Shown: positions 1-8,619 of the stretch, piece after piece
Position numbering within the stretch: position 1 is the stretch's first letter
Layout: every line of letters begins with the position of its first letter
Assembly: GCA_965214605.1 (NCBI GenBank)
Contig: OZ243961.1
Location: 2,400,001 to 2,464,000, forward strand
DNA: 64,000 bases
Source: an uncultured Candidatus Binatia bacterium
GTDB taxonomy: Bacteria > Desulfobacterota > Binatia > Bin18
Direction of reading: 5' to 3'
Program-made: the position numbers and the translations under genes
The notes under the pieces: model-generated
What the model saw: only the letters and a program-made list of their open reading frames with translations
Database searches by the model: none
Told to the model about the DNA's origin: nothing

Positions 1-677
1 GCGTTCCCGACCTTGGGTTGAATATAGCCCTGAAGAAAGAACTGGTCGATCTGAGCCGGCTGGACGTGAAGCAAGCCGTCCATCAGACACAGCTCAATCT
101 GTTGGCCGATGCCCTGTTGTTCCCGTACCCACAGCCCAACCATAGCCGAGAGGGCAACCAAGTTTGCGCAGGTCGCATCGGCAATGGCCGGGCCGGCCTT
201 GAGCGCCTTGCCGTTCTTCTCTCCCGTCACGTTCATAAAACCGGTCAGAGCCTGAGCCAGCGGATCAATACCCGGCCGACCCCCGTAGGGACCGTCCTGG
301 CCAAAGGCGCTGACCGTAATGCAGATGATCTTGGGGTTATATTTGCAGTTTTCTTGGTAGGAAATCCCAAGCTTGGCTTTGGCCTGGGGGCGCAGATTAT
401 CAACGATAATGTCGGCGGTACGGACCAACCGAAAATACAACGCTTTGCCCTCGGGCTTAGTCAGGTCAAGAACAATGCCGCGCTTATTGCGGTTAATACC
501 GAGGTAGAAGCCGCTGTCGTTGTCGACTTTGGGCCCAATCGCCCGCGACTCATCGCCGTACGGCGGCTCAATCTTGACCACATCCGCGCCCATATCGCCG
601 AGCATCGTCGCGCCATACGGGCCGGCTAGCATACTGGCGATATCAAGCACCCGAATGCCTGCAAGCGGTAATGCCAT
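1..677 (-). CDS. CoA-transferase family III (CaiB/BaiF), 3' end outside window
   Basis: Manual translation from ATG at 677 gives MALPLAGIRVLDIASMLAGPYGATMLGDMGADVVKIEPPYGDESR, the classic CaiB N-terminus. Purine-rich RBS (AAAGGGGGA). The +strand ORF 18..629 is its antisense shadow. Confidence 0.92.
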   Translation of the reverse strand, partial: MALPLAGIRVLDIASMLAGPYGATMLGDMGADVVKIEPPYGDESRAIGPKVDNDSGFYLGINRNKRGIVLDLTKPEGKALYFRLVRTADIIVDNLRPQAKAKLGISYQENCKYNPKIICITVSAFGQDGPYGGRPGIDPLAQALTGFMNVTGEKNGKALKAGPAIADATCANLVALSAMVGLWVREQQGIGQQIELCLMDGLLHVQPAQIDQFFLQGYIQPKVGN

Positions 678-854
678 AGATCCCCCTTTGGACAGTGGAG
701 CGGTGATTGTGGCCAGAGACGGTAGCACACCGAACGAGGCCCCGCAAAGAAGACCGTCTTGGCCGACGGCTTGCCCTTTTCTTCCCTCCGCTCTATATGG
801 TATGCCGCGCGTGGGAGAAAGCGAGTGTGAACCACAAGAAAAGGAGGAAATCGT

Positions 855-1142
855 ATGCCGCTGTATCTCGATGAAATCTACTGGAATCCAGATCGGACCA
901 GCGAGGTGAAGGCCATATTTAAGGGGGTGCTCGACGGGACGACGGGTTTTCCCGAAGGGGTCAGCCTGAAAGCCGGTCCGTGGGCTTCCAACGAGGAGCC
1001 GAAAATAGTCCTCGTCCTTGACATCCAAGACCATGCCAAGACGTTTGAGACGTTTCAGGGACTCGTAGCCAAGGGGGTCATTGCCAAGCGCCGGCTGACC
1101 CCGATTGTTGAATGGGGGTCGATGGATGGGGTGGCCGGCTAA
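855..1142 (+). CDS. Small hypothetical protein (DUF3303-like)
   Basis: 95 aa, strong RBS AAGGAGG, globular composition. The family assignment is tentative. Confidence 0.75.
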   Translation: MPLYLDEIYWNPDRTSEVKAIFKGVLDGTTGFPEGVSLKAGPWASNEEPKIVLVLDIQDHAKTFETFQGLVAKGVIAKRRLTPIVEWGSMDGVAG

Positions 1143-1183
1143 CCCCTTGTCCGGTTCAACTTCTTAGGAAAAAGTTTGCCGCC

Positions 1184-1738
1184 ATGCCGCTTTCTCCCAG
1201 CCCGCTTGCCGTGACCGTATTTTGCTCCTCAAGTCGACGGTTGTCTGCGGTCTATACCGCCCAAGCCGAAGTGTTAGGCCGGCTGATCGCCCGGCGTGGT
1301 CACACCCTAGTATATGGCGGCGGCAGGATCGGCCTGATGGGCGCGCTGTCCTGCGCCGCGCTGGCCGAGGGCGGGCGGGTCACAGGGGTGATCCTCAAGG
1401 ACTTTCTTGATCAGGGCTATGGCCAGGACGGCCATGAGATGTCCGTTGTGACCGACATGCGTGCCCGCAAACAGGGCTTGGAAGAGCTGGGCGATGCCTA
1501 TATCGCGCTACCTGGCGGCTTTGGTACGGTGGAAGAGGTCTTTGAGGTCCTGGTCCTCAAACAGCTCGGCTTCCACGTCAAGCCGATCGTCTTTGTGAAC
1601 ACCAACCAGTTCTTCACCCCGTTGCTGACCTTTTTTGACCGGGCTTTTGAGGAGGCGTTCATCCACGAACGCTTTCGTGATCTCTACAGCGTAGTAGACA
1701 CTCCCCAAGCCGCCCTTGATCTGATCGAAACGGCCTAG
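1184..1738 (+). CDS. LOG family nucleotide monophosphate phosphoribohydrolase (TIGR00730)
   Basis: Motifs VFCSS, LVYGGGRIGLMG and PGGFGTVEE. Confidence 0.92.
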   Translation: MPLSPSPLAVTVFCSSSRRLSAVYTAQAEVLGRLIARRGHTLVYGGGRIGLMGALSCAALAEGGRVTGVILKDFLDQGYGQDGHEMSVVTDMRARKQGLEELGDAYIALPGGFGTVEEVFEVLVLKQLGFHVKPIVFVNTNQFFTPLLTFFDRAFEEAFIHERFRDLYSVVDTPQAALDLIETA

Positions 1739-1755
1739 CGGGACGGAGGAAGCCG

Positions 1756-2661
1756 ACGAACCCTGTCCGCCACACAGCCCTGCTTGTCGCCGCCGCGGTC
1801 TTCCTGCTGCTCGACCGCGCCGCTCAGGCCCACACCCCGGAGGTTTCTTTTGAGCGCGGTCTGTTGTGGAAAATCGAGAGCTGCAACCCCCAGTGCTCAC
1901 GACCGAGTTATCTGTTTGGCACGATTCATTCTGCCGACTCGCGGGTTGTCCGGCTCCCCGCGCCGGTGCAAGCCGCTTTTGACGAGAGCGAGCATTTTTG
2001 CATGGAAGTCGTGCTGGACACGCCGGCCTTTGCTGCCTTGGCCAGGAGCATGATCTTACCACCTGGACACACGCTCCGGGGCATGCTCGGACCGGAGCTC
2101 TTTGACGCCGTTACGCCGTTGATGGGAGAACGTGGCGTGCCGCCACACTCCCTGCTGCGGCTGAAACCCTGGGCGGTGTACGCCATCCTGAACTCCCCCC
2201 GGCAAAAGGCTGGTCAAGTCCTGGATATGGTGCTGTATCGCCGCGCAAGGCAGCAGGGCAAATCTACCTGTGGCCTGGAAACTGTAGAGGAGCAGGTGGC
2301 GATTTTTAGCACCGCCGCCGTTGAGGAGCAGCGTCTTCTGCTGCGCGATACCGTCATCCGCTATACCCAGCTGTCCGCCCTGTCTGCCCGTCTGATCGCT
2401 CGCTACCTGGCCCGTGATCTGGCCGGACTGGTAGGGGCCAGCGAGGAGAGCGGGCCGACCGATGCCGCGGTCAAGCGCGTCTTTGACGAGTTCGTGCGGC
2501 GTGGACTCGACCAACGCAATCTGCGTCTGCTGGACCGCATGGACGCCGCACTCCGAGAGGGTGGAACGTTCATCGCTGTTGGCGCCCTGCACTTGCCTGG
2601 CGAACAGGGCTTGTTGCGGCTCCTGCACCAACAGGGCTATACCCTTGAAGCCATGTACTGA
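1756..2661 (+). CDS. TraB/GumN family secreted protein
   Basis: Motifs LLWKIE, SYLFGTIH, GLETVEEQ, RN and AVGALHLPGEQG. The frame extends upstream through a signal peptide to an ACG codon at 1756 behind GGAGGA. Confidence 0.88.
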   Translation, partial: TNPVRHTALLVAAAVFLLLDRAAQAHTPEVSFERGLLWKIESCNPQCSRPSYLFGTIHSADSRVVRLPAPVQAAFDESEHFCMEVVLDTPAFAALARSMILPPGHTLRGMLGPELFDAVTPLMGERGVPPHSLLRLKPWAVYAILNSPRQKAGQVLDMVLYRRARQQGKSTCGLETVEEQVAIFSTAAVEEQRLLLRDTVIRYTQLSALSARLIARYLARDLAGLVGASEESGPTDAAVKRVFDEFVRRGLDQRNLRLLDRMDAALREGGTFIAVGALHLPGEQGLLRLLHQQGYTLEAMY

Positions 2662-3387
2662 AGTAAGGGGAACGATCTGATAAGGTCGTCGTTATCCTTG
2701 TTGACCTTTTTGCCGGCTCTTATCGCTCTGGGCGGTCGCCTAGTGGCCTTGGCAGGAGGGCTCAGGCTTCGCCCCTTGAGATTTCCTCGGCACAGATGCC
2801 GTCCGGAAGCAAGTCGGCTGAAGCACGCTCCGGCCAGACAAGGCGTTCACGACGATTCTGGACCACCCCAAAAGCGGGCTGGATGTTTGCCGGCCATCTC
2901 CAGCGGTGCACCTTGCTCGTGTTGATAGAGGAGGGGGCCGCATGCTTTTAGGCGGGCTGTTGCCGATTCGCTTGCCGCACGCGGCCTTGCGACCTGCTCT
3001 CCTCATATGGGGCAGGACACTAAGCGTCCTCATCCCAGCCCGATTTGAGTCGCAACGCGCTGTTCGGCTCTAACAGGGCGGGTCAGCCGCGGTGAGCATC
3101 TGACCCGAGATTCAGCCGCTGATGCTCTTCTGATATGGGGCCGCGCGACACTCTGACCGGACTCGCCCTGATGCGTCGCCTAGGAAGACGGGCGAGCCTG
3201 TACGCGGGCGGTGCCCCCCTCTTTCGCATGTTCTCAAGCGCTCGGGTCATCCCGATGAGCTGGGAGGAGCAGAGCTGGCAATGCAGACGGTTGGGCAGGG
3301 CTGAGATATGTGTTCGGACCGACTACCCAAAGGCCCATAACTGCTCTATAAAGAGATCCTGGTACTTTGGAATTAGAGGTTTTCTGT

Positions 3388-4371
3388 ATGCTAGGCCCCA
3401 TTCCCGATTTTTCCTCACGGGCATGCCACACGGGTGGCCCGCTCCGCCGGGCGCGTATTGAGAGTCTGCAGATCAACCTGGGTAAACTGTGTAACCAGGC
3501 GTGTCTGCACTGTCACGTTGATGCCGGTCCCAAGCGGACCGAGATCATGGGCCGGGCAACGGTCGACCTGGCGCTGGACTTGGTCCGCGCGGCTGACGTC
3601 CACACGGTCGATATTACGGGCGGTGCGCCGGAGCTCAATCCGTCTTTTCGATATGTCGTAAAAACCCTGCGTGATGAGGGGCGTCAGGTCATCGACCGCT
3701 GTAATCTCACGGTCCTGTTCGAGTCCGGGCAAGAAGACCTCGCCGAATTTCTCGCTCTGATGGGGGTAGAAATTATCGCCAGCTTGCCGTGTTACTCCGA
3801 GGAGAATGTCACAAAGCAACGTGGTCAGGGAGTGTACGATAAGTCGATTCGGGCTCTGCGGATATTAAACGCCCTGGGCTACGGTCAGGACGACTCGGGG
3901 CTGATGTTGAACCTCATCTATAACCCGGCAGGGCCCCACCTGCCCCCCCCGCAACAGCAGCTGGAAGCGGACTATAAGCGTGAACTCGGTACGCACTTCG
4001 GTCTGGTTTTCAACCAGCTGTACACCATAACGAATATGCCGATCGCCCGGTTTGCCCACAGTCTGGAGCGTGATAGGCAGCTCGACGCCTATCTACGACT
4101 GCTGGCTGATGCGTTTAATCCGGCAACGGTGGAGAGCTTGATGTGTCGCTCTCAGGTGAGCGTGTCCTGGGACGGTTTTATGTACGACTGCGACTTCAAC
4201 CAGATGCTTAACCTCACTCTTGGCCAGACCGAACCCCTGCGCTTGGGAGAGCAGTCGGCCGACGAACTCGTCCGGGCCCTGGAACGTCGTGCCATCGTGG
4301 TCGGCTCTCACTGTTACGGCTGTACGGCAGGAGCGGGGAGTTCGTGCGGAGGAGCCTTGTCCCCATCCTAA
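3388..4371 (+). CDS. arsS: ArsS-family radical SAM protein (arsenosugar biosynthesis-type)
   Basis: LQINLGKLCNQACLHCHVDAGP (CxxxCxxC), DITGGAPELN, YDCDFNQM and C-terminal HCYGCTAGAGSSCGG, with Cys rather than Sec. Confidence 0.88.
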   Translation: MLGPIPDFSSRACHTGGPLRRARIESLQINLGKLCNQACLHCHVDAGPKRTEIMGRATVDLALDLVRAADVHTVDITGGAPELNPSFRYVVKTLRDEGRQVIDRCNLTVLFESGQEDLAEFLALMGVEIIASLPCYSEENVTKQRGQGVYDKSIRALRILNALGYGQDDSGLMLNLIYNPAGPHLPPPQQQLEADYKRELGTHFGLVFNQLYTITNMPIARFAHSLERDRQLDAYLRLLADAFNPATVESLMCRSQVSVSWDGFMYDCDFNQMLNLTLGQTEPLRLGEQSADELVRALERRAIVVGSHCYGCTAGAGSSCGGALSPS

Positions 4372-4390
4372 GACGTTTAAGGAGACGACG

Positions 4391-5434
4391 ATGGATTTCG
4401 GTGTGATCTTTCTCTCCTACGTTGAGAGCTACAAGGACGTGGCTCTGGCCGAGAGCCAGGGGTTTAGCCACGCCTGGTTTGGCGATTCACAGATGGTTTG
4501 GGCCGATGTCTACCAATGCATGGCCCTGTGTGCAGCCAACACGACGACGATCAAACTAGGAACCAACGTCACCAACCCCAGTTCGCGTATTGCTCCGGTG
4601 ACGGCTGGTAATTTTGCGACCCTCAACATTCTTGCCCCAGGCCGGGTTATTATGGGTATCGGTACCGGCAATACTTCTCGGCGGACGCTCGGTATGCCGG
4701 CGGCGAGGCTTGCCGAGCTGCGGACCCATATCGACGTGTGCCGCGGCCTGCTGAGCGGAGCGACCGTCCCGTATCAGGAGGGCGAGCGGCGCCGTATGAT
4801 CCGGTTCCTCAATCCCGACGCCGGGTTCATCAATCTGACCGATCCCATCCCGGTATATGTGGCTGGCAGCGGACCCAAGACGCTGGAGCTGGCCGGAGAA
4901 ATCGGTGACGGGGTGATCCTGTTTGGGACGGTCGGCGACAGTCTGCTCAAGTACACGCTGAGCCATGTCCGGCGCGGAGCCGAACGGGTGGGGAAGCGGC
5001 TGGAGGACTTGTATATCTTGGTCCTCACCGCCCTGCACTTTACCAAACCCGGAGAGGGCTTGGCTGACCTCCAGCGAGCGGTGGGGCCGGTGGTCGTCTC
5101 GGAGTGCAACATCTTTGCTCTGTCGGTGACCGATCCCTACCAACTGCCGGGCGACATTCGGGATGAGCTTATGACCTTTAAGAGTGCCTATCGCACGCCG
5201 ACCGCTCCGATCGAGACCCGCCATCTCGACCTGTACACCGGCTACGGCGCTGAGTTTAAGCCCGAGCACACGCCGCTGGTCACAGAGCGGATGATTAAGG
5301 AGACCACCCTGACCGGGACGCCCGAGGAGATTCGAGAGCGTATCCACAATATGCAAGCCCTGGGAGTGAAGCAGGTGGCGGTGGCGGCAAGAGTCCCCGA
5401 GATGACCGATTTTGCTGCCCACATCATTCAATAG
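4391..5434 (+). CDS. LLM-class flavin/F420-dependent oxidoreductase (Mer-like)
   Basis: Motifs AWFGDSQ, IKLGTNVTNP, GRVIMGIGTG and GPKTLELAGEIGDG. RBS AGGAG. Confidence 0.9.
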   Translation: MDFGVIFLSYVESYKDVALAESQGFSHAWFGDSQMVWADVYQCMALCAANTTTIKLGTNVTNPSSRIAPVTAGNFATLNILAPGRVIMGIGTGNTSRRTLGMPAARLAELRTHIDVCRGLLSGATVPYQEGERRRMIRFLNPDAGFINLTDPIPVYVAGSGPKTLELAGEIGDGVILFGTVGDSLLKYTLSHVRRGAERVGKRLEDLYILVLTALHFTKPGEGLADLQRAVGPVVVSECNIFALSVTDPYQLPGDIRDELMTFKSAYRTPTAPIETRHLDLYTGYGAEFKPEHTPLVTERMIKETTLTGTPEEIRERIHNMQALGVKQVAVAARVPEMTDFAAHIIQ

Positions 5435-5435
5435 G

Positions 5436-5482
5436 CTGAGAATTGGAAGGAGGAGCAACGCGTCTCGCCTTCCAATTCTCAG
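5436..5482. terminator. Long hairpin between convergent genes, probably a bidirectional terminator
   Basis: Perfect 15-bp inverted repeat CTGAGAATTGGAAGG / CCTTCCAATTCTCAG immediately after the LLM stop codon. No U-tract. Confidence 0.6.
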
Positions 5483-5537
5483 ACGTCAGACACGAAGAAG
5501 GCCGGCCATCCCCCACGAATTTTTGGGCTCGTGCTCC

Positions 5538-7412
5538 TCACCGTGCCCCTCGATAAAAGAACATCAGCGTACACAGAATCGCCCCAAGCGTCAGCAGCGT
5601 TGTCAGCCCGTCCGGCAGCCCGAGCGACAGACGCGAAACCCCGACACTCGCCAGCAGGGCCAGTCCGACTCCCATCAATGCCTCACCGGCAATTGCTCCG
5701 GAGGCCAGGAGTACTCCGGGCTGGACTTGTTGTGAGCGCCCGGCGGTTTCCCTGGTGAGCAAGTAGGCCACAATCCCACCGACCAAAATCGGTACCGACA
5801 GCCCGAACGGCAGATAGATGCCGACCGCGATCGGCATCAGGTGGGCCCGAAACGTGGTATCCCGCAGCTGGAGCAGGCTATCGACCATCAGAATACAGAC
5901 GCCCAAGCCCGCTCCTAGGCCGACGAGCGACCACGGGAGGTGACCGTCCCCAAAAAAGCCCCGGGCCAGGCTGGCAAACAGCTGAGCTTGCGGAGCAGCC
6001 AGCTCTTTACCGCCGATACCGCCCGGCGTGTGATCGTGCAACAGTTGCAGCACGGGGGCCATGACCAGTGCCGCTACCGTCACACCGGCAATTTGCATGA
6101 CTTGCTGGCACCATGGAGCCGCTCCCACCAGCTGACCCGTCTTGAGGTCATTGCACACGTCACCGGCCGTACACGCCGTGCAACAGACAATCGCCGCCAC
6201 GCCTAAAGTCGCCAACATGCCGGTGGTGCCGCTGAAGCCAAACAGAAACAGCAGCCCGCCGGTAAACAGCACCGCTGTAATCGTCATCCCCGAAACCGGA
6301 CTGTTCGAGTTCCCGACCAGTCCCACAATGTAACTTGCCACCGCGGTGAAGAAAAAAGCCATGACCAGCATAATCAGCGTCGTCAGCAGACTGACTCCGA
6401 GCCGCTGAGTGAGGACGGTGTAGAGTACGCCGATGAGCACGACACATACGACGCTGAGGGTTACGATCGTGCCAAAGGACATATCGCGCGTCGCAGCAGG
6501 GGCGGTCTGATCGGTCTGTGTGGCGGTTCCAAACAGAAGGTGGAGGACCTGGACAAGTCCGTGCCGAACCTGGACAATGGCCGCAATGCCGCCGACTACC
6601 ATCGCGCCAACACCGACATAGCGAACCTGGCTCGACCAGATCGCATACGCGCCCTCAAGCGGATCAGCGAGCAGTTGTGGAGACGCGCCCAGAATCGGCA
6701 GGATCACCAGCCAGCCCAGGGCACCGCCCATGAAGATGAGCAGGGCGATATTGAGCTGGACAATCATCCCAACGCCAAGCAGAGCGACCGAAATATCTCC
6801 ACCCAGATAGAAGATCCGGTGTCCTAGCGCGACCGCCCCTTCTAGGCTGCCTTTGAGCAGTCCCATAAAGCTGATCAGGACTTTACAAACAAAGCCAAAC
6901 ACGGCGCCGTGGATGACCGCCCGGGCGTCAGCGGCGCTGGCTTGAGTCTGCTGGCCGGTTCGCAGCACGGCCGCACAGGCCACGCCTTCGGGAAACTTCA
7001 GGGCCGGGTTTGGGGGCACGACAAAAACGCGCCGGAGAGGAATCATCAGCAGGACGCCCAACAGTCCACCACTAAAGGCGATCAGCGTGGTGAGGACAAC
7101 GTCAAAGCGTTGCCACACCCCGATGAGGACGAGGGCGGGCATGGTAAAGATAATACCGGCGGCCAGCGACTCACCGGCCGAGGCGGCCGTTTGGGCTTGG
7201 TTGGCTTCGAGAATCGTCCCGCCTCGCATCACGACCCGGAGGAGCACCATGGCCAGCACCGCCGCCGGAATAGAAGCCGAGACGGTCATGCCGACTTTTA
7301 GTCCGAGGTAGACGTTGGCTGCGCCCATGACGACCGACAAGACTAGGCCGAGGAGGACGGTCCTCAGGGTCAATTCAGGCATCCGTGCTTGCATGGGCGC
7401 TCTCCGAATCAA
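5538..7412 (-). CDS. OPT family oligopeptide transporter
   Basis: Motifs ANVYLGLKVGMTVSASIPAAV, FPEGVACA, SNSPVSG, DLKTG and APQA. Many TM helices. Alternative starts at 7394 or 7382. Confidence 0.93.
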   Translation of the reverse strand: MIRRAPMQARMPELTLRTVLLGLVLSVVMGAANVYLGLKVGMTVSASIPAAVLAMVLLRVVMRGGTILEANQAQTAASAGESLAAGIIFTMPALVLIGVWQRFDVVLTTLIAFSGGLLGVLLMIPLRRVFVVPPNPALKFPEGVACAAVLRTGQQTQASAADARAVIHGAVFGFVCKVLISFMGLLKGSLEGAVALGHRIFYLGGDISVALLGVGMIVQLNIALLIFMGGALGWLVILPILGASPQLLADPLEGAYAIWSSQVRYVGVGAMVVGGIAAIVQVRHGLVQVLHLLFGTATQTDQTAPAATRDMSFGTIVTLSVVCVVLIGVLYTVLTQRLGVSLLTTLIMLVMAFFFTAVASYIVGLVGNSNSPVSGMTITAVLFTGGLLFLFGFSGTTGMLATLGVAAIVCCTACTAGDVCNDLKTGQLVGAAPWCQQVMQIAGVTVAALVMAPVLQLLHDHTPGGIGGKELAAPQAQLFASLARGFFGDGHLPWSLVGLGAGLGVCILMVDSLLQLRDTTFRAHLMPIAVGIYLPFGLSVPILVGGIVAYLLTRETAGRSQQVQPGVLLASGAIAGEALMGVGLALLASVGVSRLSLGLPDGLTTLLTLGAILCTLMFFYRGAR

Positions 7413-8218
7413 AGGCTCGCGGCCCGTTTTTGCAGAACAAAGCGGGTTGTTTTGATAGGGACCTTCGCGCTTGCCCGGGCTCGGGCGGTCCGCAACACCA
7501 CAGCCCGGCGGGACGGAGACAGATCGGCCAAAAAATCTGGTGACATGGCCGTGAAATCGAGGAAAAAGCTAAGCGGCAGGTGGTCCGTATCGGTCTGGGT
7601 GTGAACCATGTCGAGGCCCGCCTGCCGGGCGGCCCGGCTGAAGCCGCGCGGGGTCCGTATGCGGGGCCGGGTTGGGACCGGTAAGGGGACCGATTCTCCT
7701 AGCTCAGACATGGCCTGTTCAAGCAGGGCTCGCCAGCAGGGACCGGGATCGATATGGGCTGTGGGCTCCCACGAGTGCCACCACAGGTTAAAAATGAACC
7801 GCCCGCCTGGTTTCAGGACACGGGCAACGCTCCCAAAGACGTCCGTTTCGTCAACAAGATGGACAGCCGCGTTACACAACACCGCCCCGACTCGAATCGA
7901 CATGCGATCCAGCTGGGAGGCCGACACCTTGGCATGGCCGATGCTCCGATTACCGATACGCTGTACGGCCAGCCGCAGCATGGCCTCAGCGGGTTCGACC
8001 AGATAAACCCGCGCCCGCGGGTAACGCCGCAGCAGACGGTCGCTCAGCAGCCCAGTGCCCGCCGCCAAGTCGATGACCGGACTCTCGACCGAAGACGGCA
8101 ACAGGGCGATCAACCGGTCCGCTAGCTGGCCAAAGATCGACCAGTGTTCGGTGAGCCCTTGATAGGCGTGGGCGCGCTCCTGCCAGAAGTCGATAATCTG
8201 CTGCTCTCGGCTGTCCAT
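7409..8218 (-). CDS. Class I SAM-dependent methyltransferase
   Basis: Motif I VIDLAAGTG and VLKPGGRF. Start overlaps the upstream stop (TGATG). Confidence 0.85.
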   Translation of the reverse strand: MDSREQQIIDFWQERAHAYQGLTEHWSIFGQLADRLIALLPSSVESPVIDLAAGTGLLSDRLLRRYPRARVYLVEPAEAMLRLAVQRIGNRSIGHAKVSASQLDRMSIRVGAVLCNAAVHLVDETDVFGSVARVLKPGGRFIFNLWWHSWEPTAHIDPGPCWRALLEQAMSELGESVPLPVPTRPRIRTPRGFSRAARQAGLDMVHTQTDTDHLPLSFFLDFTAMSPDFLADLSPSRRAVVLRTARARASAKVPIKTTRFVLQKRAASL

Positions 8219-8529
8219 CACGGCATGAAAACACAATCTATGCCGTCGAGGAGCATATGGATCAAGAGGCCGACTCCCGCGATCTGTGAGGCCGGGATGA
8301 GCGCCATGATGCAGTAGACGCCAATCGCCACGTATGAGTGCAGCGGATGAAAGCCAATACCACACCGGTTTGGGTCATAAATCGGCGTGGCGAGGAGATG
8401 GTCGAGGTCAACAGCCATGGTCAGCAGCATGATCAGCCAGGCTCGCTGCCAGCGGTGGGAGAAAGCCAGACGGGCGACCACCCCGGGTACTAGCAGGTGG
8501 AGGATGAGGTGGAAGGCGGGGCGGGTCAT
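8218..8529 (-). CDS. DUF6122-like small membrane protein
   Basis: MAVDLDHLLATPIYDPNRCGIGFHPLHSY and hydrophobic segments. Confidence 0.8.
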   Translation of the reverse strand: MTRPAFHLILHLLVPGVVARLAFSHRWQRAWLIMLLTMAVDLDHLLATPIYDPNRCGIGFHPLHSYVAIGVYCIMALIPASQIAGVGLLIHMLLDGIDCVFMP

Positions 8530-8604
8530 GGTTTTCCCCGCCAGGGTATCAGAGCCCACGCCTATAGCCAAGATCGCTTCGGCTCTCTCAGGACTGGGGC
8601 CGTA

Positions 8605-8613
8605 TGGTATACT
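8605..8613 (+). promoter_or_regulatory. Extended -10 promoter (TGnTATACT), probably giving a leaderless mRNA
   Basis: TGGTATACT ends 6 nt before ATG 8620, and there is no Shine-Dalgarno sequence. Confidence 0.5.
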
Positions 8614-8619
8614 CGCCCT

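Noticed and set aside
18-629. 203-aa plus-strand ORF
   Set aside because: Antisense shadow of the minus-strand CoA-transferase.
4310-4371. Possible selenocysteine in the ArsS C-terminus
   Set aside because: The motif is SSCGG with TGC, and there is no in-frame TGA.
4220-4390. Apparent longer LLM ORF or ArsS-LLM fusion
   Set aside because: ArsS stops at 4371, and the LLM gene has its own RBS and ATG at 4391.
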